Shown here: piece after piece, positions 25,001 to 36,463 of the stretch
How the letters are laid out: every line of letters starts with the position of its first letter
Numbering within the stretch: position 1 is the stretch's first letter
Source: Phoronis australis
Taxonomy: Eukaryota > Animalia > Phoronida
DNA length: 64,000 nt
Assembly (NCBI GenBank): GCA_002633005.1
Contig: NMRA01000212.1
Span: 237,312 to 301,311, forward strand
Direction: 5' to 3'
Program-made: the position numbers and the translations under genes
Notes under the pieces: model-generated
What the model saw: the letters and a program-made list of their open reading frames with translations, nothing else
Databases searched by the model: none
Told to the model about the DNA's origin: nothing

Positions 25001-28000
25001 AGTGTTGTGCCAGTCAAGATGGATCATTTCTCATTACAATGAATGGACGTTTGTTAGCGTGCGGTAGTAATGAGTATAATAAGCTGGGATTCAACTGCTC
25101 AGCCACTGGACTAAGAAAGCGACAAGTTAAGGTAACTTAATTTCATAATTAATTTTTCGTTTGTTAGAGAGAGTGAGAGAGGAAACATTTATTCAGAACC
25201 ATATTACAAACACACAAAATAACAGCCCAGGTGAGTGTAGGTGGTCCCTGGAAGGTATAAAACTGCTAAAATCATGAGAGGCCACCAGGACAATTTGAAG
25301 TGCATGACAGTTAAATTTATTACTCAAAATAACTTGTAAATTAAGAAGAAAGCAATGTAATAGGAAAAAACCAAAAAACAAAAAATGGGCATTACATAGA
25401 GGTTTGTACGTATGGATAATTTTGCAGTGATCGCTTTTGTTGAATTTTGATGTCATTTTCCACCTTTCTGTAAGTATGGTGTATTTGAATCCAGTATTGT
25501 GGTATGTGTCTGTTAAGTGTTAATGGCATTCTCTCACACACTTGCTCTCTCCCTCCCCCTTCCCCTCCCCCTCCCCCTNNNNNNNNNNNNNNNNNNNNNN
25601 NNNNNNNNNNNNNNNNNNNNNNNNNNNNNNNNNNNNNNNNNNNNNNNNNNNNNNNNNNNNNNNNNNNNNNNNNNNNNNNNNNNNNNNNNNNNNNNNNNNN
25701 NNNNNNNNNNNNNNNNNNNNNNNNNNNNNNNNNNNNNNNNNNNNNNNNNNNNNNNNNNNNNNNNNNNNNNNNNNNNNNNNNNNNNNNNNNNNNNNNNNNN
25801 NNNNNNNNNNNNNNNNNNNNNNNNNNNNNNNNNNNNNNNNNNNNNNNNNNNNNNNNNNNNNNNNNNNNNNNNNNNNNNNNNNNNNNNNNNNNNNNNNNNN
25901 NNNNNNNNNNNNNNNNNNNNNNNNNNNNNNNNNNNNNNNNNNNNNNNNNNNNNNNNNNNNNNNNNNNNNNNNNNNNNNNNNNNNNNNNNNNNNNNNNNNN
26001 NNNNNNNNNNNNNNNNNNNNNNNNNNNNNNNNNNNNNNNNNNNNNNNNNNNNNNNNNNNNNNNNNNNNNNNNNTCCCTCTTTCCTCTTCCCTCCCTCCCT
26101 CTATCTTTTGTTTAGTTTTCAATTAAATTTAAGTTCTAGATTATTCAAGAATTTATATAACCTTGCTCATACTTTGTTTTTGTTTAGGTCTCATTTGACA
26201 TTCCGTGCAAGTACAGTTTTGCTGTAGTAAAGCCATTAAACAGATATCATATCAGTGACATCTCTGCTGGACATACCCATTCAGCTGTTATTACAGGTAA
26301 TTGTTACATCTCTCTTCCACATTGTGATTGAACCTCTCCATAAAAACAATCTCATTTTGTTATTACTAAATCTACTATTACTGTTACTGTTACTGCAGCT
26401 TTCTGTAACTTTTTGCTAATTTCACTTCTTCAGTGTTGAGTCCTCATCCTGAAGTTTTATCACTTAAATAAACTGTGACATTTCAGAATAAATTGTACTA
26501 ACTACATAGTGATGGTCCCTTTAAGTACATTAACTCTTCAATTATTTCACACAAAAATGACTGGCAAAATTGTGACACTCATTTTTAGTTTTCTAAATCG
26601 GATTTCCTTGCAGCAAATTATGTAACATGACTAAATGTAGTTTTATGACATCTCCATAGTTTAAACTAAACTAATACTAGACTAAAATATCTTAACCTTT
26701 GTTTTTTGTTCAATAGATTTTATAAAATAAAATTTCATAGGTCCACCATATTGGGTGGTAAATAGATGGAGAATTCTAATCAATTAAGTGGACCTAGGTA
26801 ACCTCAGTTGGTCCCCTGTAATGACTAGAACACAATGTCCCAGTTAACATTGCCACAACTAAGGAAAGATTTGCTGCAAAATCGGTGTCAGGTTTTATCA
26901 ATGGCTTGCCATGATTTATGGTTACGAGGTCTTATGTTGACTGAAAGCTGAGTGCATTGGCTGAATAGTATTCCAGTAAGTTTCTCTAGTAGTAGTATTA
27001 TCTAAAATTTTCAAAATTACTGTATTTAATAAGAACTTCTAGGATTTTCACCTACAGAAGTTTTAAAAATTGCTGTTGAATGACAACAAAATGATGAGTA
27101 ATTTACCATCACAATCAGTGAATGTTACCGCATTAGAATTCCCATCATGACTGCTGGGTGCATGTGGAATTGACCATAGGGGGAGCTGGAATGGCCCGCC
27201 ATGATGAGTAATGAACTGTAACAATGGGAAAGCAAAATTTTGTCAGATTACTTTTGGTAGTGTAATGCTCATAGCATTTGCAGTTGCTGTGACTCACAGT
27301 TTGGCAGGAAGTCTTAAGTCGAGCATCACTTTCAAAAGAGATTTAAGACTAGGATCAGCTCTGACGATTATTATACATATTGTACGCTGCTCGCAACTGT
27401 TTTCAAATCCTGTTTTCAAATCCTGTTTTCAAATCCTGTTTTCAAATCCTGTTTTCAAATCCTGTTTTCAAATCTTGTTTTCCTTCCATTTGATTCCAGA
27501 TGTCACCATTTCTTTGTTACTGGTAAGCCTATAGGTGGCGTTTTACGGTGTTCTTGGTTAGACCTGTACTAACATCTGCATCATGAACCCGAGACACACT
27601 TAATACATTGTGCAAATAACATAATATGTAGGGTTAGCTTCAAATTAGTTCATATCTTGATCTGGCGGGGGTCTGTTCGTAAAAAGTGATTGAAGACTTA
27701 AGTCAGTCTAACACTCCACACAACAATTTCAGAAAAATCATCAAGTCTCACTAGTGAGCAGAAGTGCAGTCTGTGAGAATGTACACATAACTGCAAGTTA
27801 CTGACTGAGATTATTTCTGTCTAGACTGATGCCTTGCACTGTAAAATCTCACCAATTTCGGAAAAAAATATGAGCCAAAATTGCTCTAATAAAATTCATT
27901 TTTCAAAAGCTTCTAATATTGTTTTAAATGTCCACAATTTCTCGAAAACATTGTCTGAAGGTAGCTATGGCACAGACCTTTAAAGTGATACAGCATTTAT

Positions 28001-31000
28001 TTGGTGCTACTTATCTTCTGTTAAAACAATGAAAACATAAAATTTCTCTTGTCGGCCATATCGTGTCCTAAATTGGTGAGATTTTACCGTTTATTCAGCA
28101 ATTGTGAAGTTGGAGTGTAGTACTAAATTTACGTCTCAATTAAGTCTTAAGTCACTTTTCATGAAATCGACCCCTGGATGTCTCAAAATTGTGACTTAAA
28201 TCCCCGGATGTCCTTCATAGTTTCCACATTTGACTTACACATGATGGTAGGCTTTGAAAAGTTGTGATGGCTATTGAAAGCTGGGTCATGCAGTTGTTTG
28301 GTGATTTAACAAAACTGAATCTAGCATGTCCATTCTAACTCAGGGTTGTAGCATAAATTAATGGGAGAAAAACATAGTGTCTAATGCTTAAAGGCTGTTT
28401 CAAGAAATTTTCTCACCGGATTACTACTACTGTGTCATGCCTTGACATTCGGGCTTAGCTAGTCAGAATATATAAAGGGGTAGTAAAACAATGATCTTTG
28501 CAGCCAGGACTATAAACCCTTTGTTAAGCTGTGTTTAGTTATACAGACCAACTAAGTCATTGTATGACTAACAGCAAGGTTCACAAGGAACTGATTTCAC
28601 TGACCTTGCAGGTCAAATTCAAAAGGCCTATTGTGTGTGAATGACACCTGTATCCTCAAAATTCTAAGCCACTTATGCGGACAATTTAAACCCTCTACAA
28701 CCAAAATGCAAATGATGCATTGCAGTTGTTAAATGGCACTGTTAAGCTGCCAATAATAAGATTTCTAAATATAATGAGGTGAATTTCATGAAACAGACCT
28801 CTTGCTTGTGCATGTTGAATTACATTTAATAATTTTCAATGATGTTTTCGATTCCCATAAGTGTAAATTAAGATAAACAATTTATTCCCAAAAATGAGCC
28901 CAAAGCTTAGCGTTCTGTTGTAAATGCTAATTTTTTGTCTATAGTTCATTAATTACTTTTCATTCAGAAATATACTGTATTTTTTTCATTTCAGCATATG
29001 GACAGCTTATCACATTTGGTTCAAACCAGTATGGCCAACTTGGGGTAGGAGACTTTAAGAAGAGAAATGGTATTAATTTGATTACGGGTATCCTGTCTGG
29101 AAGACGTGTTGAGAGAATAGGCTGCGGAGATGGTTTCACTGTTGTAGCAACATCAGGTAAAGACTTTTATCATTTTTCTAGTCTGTTTGTTTCAGAGATG
29201 GTCATCGGCACCCATGCCACAGGTGGTCCAATACATACCACTGAGTGCAGGGCTTGGAATTTTCCGCGGAAACGCGGATTTCCGCTTTTTTCAAATGTTC
29301 TTTCCTCGTATTTTATTATATTTCCGCGTAAAAAGAATCGGATTTGATATAAAATTTCTGCGGCAAATGTCTTTCTTACCGCCGCGTTGCTGACGACTTT
29401 CACCTCGAAAAGCGGAAGTTGCTCTTCATGTTTCGGAGGAACGTAAATTGTCAACATTGCCGGGGCATCTGGGATAGCATGGTGGATTTCCTCAATGGCT
29501 GCTCGTGTGATTGTAGACCGCGGTGACAAATACTACGACTCTGTAGCCACAAAATGCTTGGAGGTGGGAGGGTGGGAGTGGCAGACAAGCTAAGACAGAC
29601 GCAGACGCACGCTTCCGGAGGTGGTACCGTTTTGTTTTTTTTTATAGTCCTCTCGATTTAGGTCGGCAAAAGGTCCACACCGACTTTTTCAAGGCTGGCT
29701 GCGCATGTTTCGGGCCGTAAAAATTTCCGCGTTTTTTGCCATTGGTCATTCCAAGCCCTGTGAGTGGAACACTTACCACAAATTCAGAAACCTAATGAAT
29801 CTTCTCACACACCACAAGAGCTGTTACCACGCACAAAGAACGAGTGTTTTGCACAATACATGGTGTAAAACTTCTGTGATGAATGGTAAATTTGTCTGTG
29901 TATGGTACTTCCACTTCTGTGGTAAGTTTGTGTGGGGTACACTGTAGCTTTTTTAGAGAATTCAAAGGGTTTCACTTGTGTGGAATGGTTCCTCTGTGGT
30001 AGGTGTTATGTGGCCCGTGACAAGGGATGGTATTTACATTAAATTTTGGATATTTTGTATTGTTTTTGATTTCTTCTCTTGTGAGAATTTGAAACATCAT
30101 ATGTGATAAAATAATTTCAGAAAACGCTGAAAGATATCTTTAAATTTTGCCTGGATTTTTTCTGTTTTGAAAGAACTTTAAAGGCAATTGGCAACTACTT
30201 TTCAAGTTCAAAGTGACTTGGGCTTTACTTCCATTAACCTTCCTGAGATATATCCCCTTGTTTGCTCTTTTTCAGACAAGCACATTTATTCATGGGGCAA
30301 TGGAGAAAATGGACGTCTTGGCTTTGTGGACCAAACAGGTGGTCCCAATGGTGTGTCTACCGCACGCCCTCGACCTATATTTGGCGCTTTACACGATGTG
30401 TCTGATTTAAGTTGCTCTTTCTGGCACACACTGATAGTGGCTGGTAAGCAGTTGTCTTCAGTTGTCTTCAGTTCAAATGACCATGAAGGCATGTTTTGTG
30501 CTTGCTTTGATTACTTCAGAATTTTTAGATTGCATAATTAAGCGTTTCATTCTTTATCTGCAAGATTGGGAAAGAAATGAGGTTTAAAGTAGCTCACAGC
30601 AAAACATTGAAGGGGTCAATAGGGAACCTTGAACCTTTAGATGATGACACGCCATCTTGTTCACTCTTTTCCTGCACACTAGATGTTGTGCGCAGTGCTC
30701 TCCAAAAGCGTATGCTAAGTTGCAGGGGGCCCAGCAATGGCTGGACGATTCCTTGACTGTTGGAACCTCCTACAATCCTTGTTGAGGTCGGAAGCTTATG
30801 TCGTTACCACGGCATCTCAGCATTGATTTCATAGTCGTATCAAGATTGGGGAACTTGTTTTTATGCAGCAAAGTGTGACAGACTATAGAAGACATTTTCA
30901 GATGTGATTACTGAATTGTAAAAGAAGAAATTAATTTAAGGTCTTTGTGATTTCATTGGGGGTAATCCCAATGTTTGTTCATTTAGTGACCAAAATGTAA

Positions 31001-34000
31001 TATGCGGACTCGACACATTGGAGCTTATCGCATCTTTTAGATTGCAGTCCTCATGTCTTGATTGAATGATTTCAATAATTTTACAAGCAGAGGCTTAGCT
31101 AAACATCAACATCATTGATTGTGTGTACATTGTTCAGTTGTAGAATAAATCATAATTCAGTGACAATGTTATGTCTGTTAAAACGTTAAAATTTACTTGC
31201 AGAAAAAGTTTTGAGTCAAAAAACAATCTGCTCCCCAAGAAGTGGCAATTCTTTTACCAGCACAAGTAAGTAGTTTTTTCTATAATATTTTTTTAGTTTG
31301 TTAGTTTAATTATGATTTCTGAACTTATCGTAGCACTGTCCAATACTTATTGTAAAGTGAAAGAAAGGTTTAGATTAAATTAAATGAAAACTTCATATTA
31401 ATTGACATTTACTTAATGCACAATGTAAACGATTGTTACCCTTTGGTAACACCAAGTATTGTTGTTGAATTTTTTAAAAAAATGGTTGGTCAATGTTTCA
31501 AAATGGTTGGTCAATGTTTCAAAATGGTTCTACTGAAATTTTCCATTTCCAATAGTTAAATAGAAAACCAGAGATCTTGGAAATCTTTTTCATGTTCTCA
31601 ATACTCGAGTATGAAAAGTCCCCTGTTGGAGTACTAACAGTAAACACATAAATGCTGTCAGACTGATAGTCATATTGCCTGATACCTAGTTAGAGCAGCC
31701 AGGTGGTCATTATTACATTGCCACAAAATATATTCATAGAATGAATGGACAGTTCCGTGTGCATAGTATCACTGGCAAATGTTGGGTGTGTTATTGACAT
31801 GGTTTTTAATGCTATCCAAATTCATGGTATAGAGTAGTAGGGGTGTTGATGATATTTTGACCAATGGCTCCTCTATTTATCAGATGAAAGTTCGTCAGAG
31901 GACGCATTCACTGATGCCAGCGAAATAGAGTATGGTGCCTCCGATGATCAAGACTCGGGTATTGCTGGAAAATCAGTGTTTGGCCAGAGTTCAGTACCAG
32001 ATTGGCTGAAAGCGGTAACATTAAAAATTACATCTCTCTGAGTAGAGTTCTTTTGCGGCGGTCACGTGTTCATGCAGCTTGAAGAGTAGTTTGTATTTTT
32101 CATGTTTGACTGCTTCCTCACTGTTGCTGTCCACATCAACAAACACTTCAATTTAAAGATATGTTGGTACATAATATTAATGTGACAAAAGTTTATTAAA
32201 AAAAGGAACTAGCACTTTGGGTCATTTGGTTGATAAACAATCCTCTTACACTTTGAAACTTGTATAAGTCATACATGTCTTATGGTTAAGTTTTTACATG
32301 AAGCAACAGCATAATTCAATAACTGCCATTGTTGTGACATGTGGTTTCCTTTGATGTTGTCAAACATGCATCTTCTGGCATGGGCCCACATTATAATGCT
32401 GGCGATGGTACTATACTATCGTGGTGAATGTATTTTATGTCAGGTGTTGTGTTTAAGGAGCTGGAAGATGCTGAGATAATCCCGGTCAATAAGAGTACAG
32501 AGAAGGACGAGTGTCTTGAGATCCAACCTCCACCACTATCAGTATGTGTTGTTCATATAATTGCATTATTCATTGCTGTTTTAAGAGACATAAAGGCTTG
32601 ACACTAAAAACTATGATGAGCCCTACCTCCAAACTGTTGTTTCACATGAGACAACTCCTACGCTAACATTTGGGGTTTTGTTACCCTAAAGCCCAAGCGA
32701 GCTTAAGCCAGACTGTGACTAACCCATCCTATCGATTCACAAATTAATGTTCGTGGCTTAGCCATGATGCTGAAGAAAACCTATTTGATAATTTTTCTTA
32801 TAACGCACCGATTTTAAAAATTCAAAGATGGCTACTATTTACTTTTCAATTTTAAAGACTCATGTTTTTGGTCATTTGCCTAGTTACCTATTGTTCGTTT
32901 TTTACTTTGAAACTCGTAGGAGAAACAGGCATGTTGGTTTACGACTGCACTTTCAGCCAGGCCCATGAATTATGACTAGCTCACAAATCAATCCGTGATG
33001 GTGCCATCAAGCCTTTGATGTGCCAAGGACTTTGCTGGATACTCTGGGGTAAACAGTGCACGCTTTCTCGACCACTTGCATGCAAATCATGTTAGCATAA
33101 GATTTATCAAATGAAATACAAATAAAATCTGTGTGCACTTCCTGCAAACTGTTTCTCATGAGCCTCAGAAGATTCATCTTTCCCTTGATCACACGAAATT
33201 ATTCTCGGGTGGTGAAATAATGACGGAAGTTCCGGAAGAAACATAGAACTCGAAATTCCACGGACTTCCCAGTTTTTAACGGACACTCCCAAGGCGTTAA
33301 AAGTTGCAACTATTAAAGGTTATCTTACTGATGTTAAATAGGACAGTTCTTACTTTCAGCAACAAAGTCTGGAGGAGAAAGAGGAGTGTGAAGATGATTA
33401 CGTTCAGTCGCTGAAGGACAGAATTGAAGAACTTGAAAATGAGAACAGTAAAGTACGTCACTACATCTCTCTAGTCATCTTGTACAGAATTGAGAGTATT
33501 ATTTACAAAACTTTAGTGTATCGGTATATATTCAATAATGTTGTATTAGGTCACATGATGTGACCAACAGGTGGTGTGTGGACCAGACTTATTTCCACAG
33601 GTGTGAAATATTTATCAGAAGTTTTTGGAATTTTTTTATAATTTACATGACGTCTCGATTGAGATGAAAACTTTGTTCACTGATCAAGTTCATGTTAATC
33701 AGGGTGGCGTAATCCTTTGACCAAACTCTTTAAAACTCTAGCCACAGACCAAATCATGTTTTTCTATTACTTTTAACAAACCAACTGCAAATTGTGAAAC
33801 ACCATAAAATCTCGCCAATGTACGACACAATACGGCAGACAAGTGAAATTCTACTTTTTATTTTTCTCATTTTTAATTTCTATATTATAGCTGCTATCAG
33901 ATAAAGAAATTATGGGCATTTGTAATGAAGTTCGAAGCTTTTGAAAATTGAAAAAAATCCAATTTTTTTTCCGAAATTCGTGAGGTTTTACCCCATTACA

Positions 34001-34507
34001 GAAAATGAGTTGAGAGTACATTACTTTTCTTGCTCCTAAGAGTTGTATCCTTTCCATCAATTGTTTCAACGTGTGGTAAAAATGTGGTAAGTCTGTCCAA
34101 CAGCCTTCGTTGCCACGACACTATCGGTTTTAGGAAGGTCTGCGTGACAACCTGCAATTGTATTAATTGGTTAAATTTTAGAAGAGCTGGTCAGAAATAT
34201 TATTGTATGGAGACTTTTTTACAATTTTGTTTACTTAATGCTCTCTATGTATTCCATGGAGGTAAAATTTGTAAAAGTAGAGGCTGTTTTGATAGTTTTA
34301 ACAGAAGCAAAATAAAGATTTGTTAATTAGGCACAAGAAAAAACAGATTTCCTTAATTTTTCTCAGACAAGTACAACTCACAACATTTCTCGTCTACATA
34401 TACGTGGCATGTGTATCTACTTACAGTTGAGAAGTGTGGTTGATGAACAAGCAAAAAGAATAGAAGAACTGGAAGAGTTGAATTCACCATCTGGTCTATC
34501 TGCCTGA
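12997..34507 (+). CDS. NEK9: Serine/threonine-protein kinase Nek9 orthologue, 853 aa, 21 exons (kinase domain, RCC1 repeats, NEK6/7-docking motif, coiled coil)
   Basis: Exons: 12997-13122, 14035-14212, 15492-15621, 16387-16492, 17340-17389, 18342-18423, 19063-19232, 19703-19817, 19970-20044, 22313-22375, 23448-23592, 24212-24412, 24920-25131, 26188-26296, 28995-29156, 30276-30443, 31203-31265, 31884-32014, 32458-32541, 33342-33452, 34427-34507. All GT-AG, 2562 nt in frame. Motifs: [79 protein letters not shown]1 repeats ([26 protein letters not shown]), [24 protein letters not shown]. Confidence 0.96.
14567..14618. repeat. ~25-bp tandem duplication
   Basis: ggcacccaatcatcacaag(g)acatg occurs twice in a row. 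Confidence 0.8.
15645..15806. mobile_element. Degraded copy of the MITE family seen intact at 27838-28090
   Basis: Shares aaatgctcacaattt, atttggtgctacttat and the end tgtgtcataaaatggtgacattttactgt with that element. Confidence 0.6.
16945..17167. repeat. Diverged ~69-bp tandem repeat, about 3 copies, NEK9 intron 4
   Basis: Unit ggttcttagactgtgct...gcatagaatgac.tttt.gagc.tagcc..aaccaataatgaaatgtc repeated. Confidence 0.8.
17518..17623. mobile_element. Short Tc1/mariner-type MITE (TA flanks, ~22-bp TIRs)
   Basis: TA-ctgtactcgtccgggttaccgc on the left versus gcggtaacccggacgattacgg-TA on the right (2 mismatches). Confidence 0.75.
18500..18595. mobile_element. Fragment (one arm) of the foldback element seen at 35549-35747
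   Basis: agctgagctgtctgcctcaag...gagctgacaggtcatgtcaagg...gaatgaactag matches 35566-35640. Confidence 0.7.
18709..18837. repeat. Near-perfect 64-bp tandem duplication
   Basis: cactaaaacgatcatatgagat(t)aaactatgtactggtttcattggattttgtgtagtgctacc twice; 1-nt indel. Confidence 0.95.
20190..21810. mobile_element. Probable non-autonomous transposon-derived insertion(s) in NEK9 intron 9
   Basis: CpG-rich relative to neighbouring introns; diverged inverted similarity between atttatccacctt...ggataattggct (left) and agccaattattc...aaggtggatgaat (right); no transposase ORF. Boundaries approximate. Confidence 0.4.
22648..22795. mobile_element. Foldback element with ~52-bp arms, probably a Penelope-like element terminal-repeat remnant
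   Basis: tagtaaaaacgagagaagttacttgctagaagactataagttaggtaggcat versus atgcttacctgaattatagtcttctagtaagtaacttctctcatttttacta (about 5 mismatches); the spacer holds a hammerhead-like motif ending CGAAACGTT. Confidence 0.65.
22703..22749 (+). ncRNA. Candidate minimal type-I hammerhead ribozyme, variant core
   Basis: aatcat [helix I] GTGAACA-A [core G3..C8,A9 plus extra A] gggcctg-agctg-caggctc [7-bp helix II] GAAA-CG-TT [palindromic ACGT helix III, GUU site] atgctt [helix I, 5 of 6 pairs]. Confidence 0.5.
23203..23355. mobile_element. Tc1/mariner-type MITE
   Basis: ccgtattgccacactattaggcccatgggc versus gcccttgggcctaatgtagcgataatacag-TA; diverged TIRs. Confidence 0.6.
25546..26100. repeat. Pyrimidine-rich (CCCCT)n-like simple repeat collapsed into an assembly gap (N 25579-26073)
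   Basis: ccctccccttcccctccccctcccct before and tccctctttcctcttccctccctccct after the N run. Confidence 0.85.
27397..27482. repeat. 13-bp minisatellite (CTGTTTTCAAATC), about 6.5 copies
   Basis: Read directly; near-perfect units. Confidence 0.95.
27667..28174. mobile_element. MITE with ~33-bp imperfect TIRs, interrupted by a nested MITE
   Basis: ggggtctgttcgtaaaaagtgattgaagactta versus taagtcttaagtcacttttcatgaaatcgacccc. Confidence 0.7.
27838..28090. mobile_element. Nested MITE, multi-copy family in this window
   Basis: TIRs actgtaaaatctcaccaattt and aaattggtgagattttaccgt; related fragments near 15645-15806, 33801-33855 and 50655-50825 (reverse). Confidence 0.75.
29248..29760. mobile_element. 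Young non-autonomous hAT-like DNA transposon, 513 bp, perfect 13-bp TIRs, 6-bp target-site duplication
   Basis: TGAGTG|CAGGGCTTGGAAT ... ATTCCAAGCCCTG|TGAGTG; subterminal ttccgc repeats; CpG-rich. Confidence 0.85.
31479..31529. repeat. 21-bp tandem duplication, about 2.4 copies
   Basis: aaaatggttggtcaatgtttc repeated. Confidence 0.85.
33545..33612 (+). mobile_element. Truncated body fragment of the tRNA-derived SINE family
   Basis: attaggtcacatgatgtgaccaacaggtggtgtgtggaccagactta matches the reverse complement of about 41057-41103. Confidence 0.7.
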
Positions 34508-34635
34508 CAATCGGTGAATAACCATGTATGACGGACAGCTGTTGGTAAAGCATCATACTATGCTTGTTCCAGCAGTTGTAGCGGACACATGTGCACATTG
34601 TAATAACCGGCTGCGCTTTGAAGTCAGTTGACCGT

Positions 34636-34641
34636 AATAAA
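34636..34641 (+). terminator. Candidate NEK9 proximal polyadenylation signal; a second AATAAA at 35045-35050 is followed by GT/T-rich sequence
   Basis: AATAAA hexamers about 130 and 540 nt after the stop codon. Confidence 0.4.
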
Positions 34642-35548
34642 TATGTTGCCTGAGACAGATGTCAGCAATTTCCTATTAATGGCGCTGAAAATCTCATCCT
34701 TAGTGGTGCATAGTAAGGCTGCAGTGATTGAAGAGGAGGACTCTGAATTATTTAGCTGAGGAGACGAGTCCCCAAAAGTTTCTCAGCGGCTGCCTGTAAT
34801 GAGACATTCTGTCATCATGGATATCCAGTCACCACAGAACCTGCATCACCATGGACATTGCAAGGAATTCAAATGGCTTTACACATTATATGGCTGTGAT
34901 ACAGGAACTGTGATATGAATCTGATGGTTGTGTCGAAGTCTTAGAAAATGCACAATATGTGTGGAAAATGCCATTTTTATGTTTTTAAGTAAATGTCTTT
35001 AGTTTTATAAAAAATTTATGATTTATAGTTTTGAATTTCTTGGCAATAAACTTGACCATGTTGCTCATCTGTCTAGAATTTTGTTTGTTCATTTCCTGGT
35101 TCTGTTAATTGTTGTATTCATTGTTGCATCTGACTGATTTTAATATTTGACTCCTAAGGCCCAATCTATCAAAGATAGAACTCTCCCGTGGTAGGATTCG
35201 AGTTGCACCTGTGACTGTGTTTAAGCAACACATTGCAATTAACCTTACATGTGACTGAGCTTCATATTCACATGTAGCTACATCTTCAAAAATCTGTTAA
35301 CGAACTGTGCACCAGTCAAAACCCAGAGATATGAAATTGCATCAATAATGGTCAGGGAATTTTCCATGTTTACAGGGGGGGAAATAGTTTAATGACCTCA
35401 CCTTTCCATCATGCCAAAGGGACAGTAAAGCCTAACATGGGCAAAAATTTTTGCTGCTAGTGATCTAGTCAAGCAAATACTAACGGGAGTATGCCTTATG
35501 TCGAGCCAAGTGCTATCATCACTCTAATAGGTGTGTATTAAGCCTACC

Positions 35549-35747
35549 GCAGACAGAGAGCAATGAGCTGAGCTGTCTGCCTCAAGAGTATGATATCCGA
35601 GTTGACAGCTCATGTCAAGGTGAGCAATTGCATGAACTAGTGGCTAGGTCATTCAATCATCGTTATTTTCACTCCTTGACATTTTAGCTCTCGGCTCGGC
35701 TATCACTTTCTCGAGGCAGACACCTCAGCTCGTAAAATCCTGTCTGC
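35549..35747. mobile_element. Foldback MITE (~70-bp imperfect arms) between the convergent NEK9 and PSME4 3' ends
   Basis: gcagacagagagcaatgagctgagctgtctgcctcaagag...atgtcaagg versus ccttgacatt...tctcgaggcagacacctcagctcgtaaaatcctgtctgc. Confidence 0.75.
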
Positions 35748-36382
35748 ACTGGGTGAAAAAAGGTAACTAGCCACTCAGAACTTCAAACTGTTTGGTGATC
35801 AAGTATATATAATTCTTCCCCAAATAATTCCAACACCAAAAAAAACAGAGATGAGGACATGTCAGCGGACCCACAATCACTGTCCATTGTGTCTAGAAAG
35901 GTGACAACTGGTCACCTCGAAAGAAAAGCGAATCATCAATAATCCATTTTTATTATAATGATAAACATCATTTTCAGCACCATTAAAGCAATAAACCCCC
36001 TTTGGTGCAGCAAATTTGCATAACGATCAAAACTGTATACAGACTTAAAACTAAGGAAAACAACCAACAAGTTAAGCTTAATATACATATTTAAATATCT
36101 AAACCACTCTTTCAAGCAAAAGGAGCTTGGGGAAGATTGCTCAACAAGATTTCAATCAAGCATGCCACAATGAACAAACTTCTCCAGTAACTCTCCATTG
36201 ATTACACTACATGCATAAAAAAGACAAAAATTTTAGTACGTCCCAGACAAACAAAACCCAAACCTAATCTATTAGGTCCACTTCAAAATTTTAGATCCTT
36301 CTAAAATCATAATACAAACAACAGGATTTATGGTCACAGTTAAAATTGACTTATCGTGAATTTTTGCTTTTGTTATCAAATA

Positions 36383-36388
36383 TTTATT
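36383..36388 (-). terminator. Candidate PSME4 polyadenylation signal; alternative at 35949-35954
   Basis: TTTATT on + strand downstream of the PSME4 stop. Confidence 0.35.
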
Positions 36389-36463
36389 AATAAATCCCCT
36401 TGGATAAAAGAGAATGGAGTTCCACTAACAACAATTTCAAAACAAGACAACAGGTGTCAGTAA

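Noticed and set aside
27211-27534. 107-aa ORF with [13 protein letters not shown] repeats
   Set aside because: Produced by the 13-bp minisatellite; no splice or homology support.
29170-29529. 119-aa minus-strand ORF as a transposase remnant
   Set aside because: No DDE, BED-finger or hAT dimerisation motifs; the ORF runs across the element boundary.
31948-31975. beta-TrCP phosphodegron in the NEK9 linker (DSGIAGKS)
   Set aside because: Spacing does not fit DSGxxS; no supporting evidence.
34505-34531. Stop-codon readthrough or selenocysteine at the NEK9 TGA (context TGA CAA TCG)
   Set aside because: Only a partial match to leaky contexts; the extension would be 8 residues with no recognisable motif, and I saw no SECIS-like hairpin.
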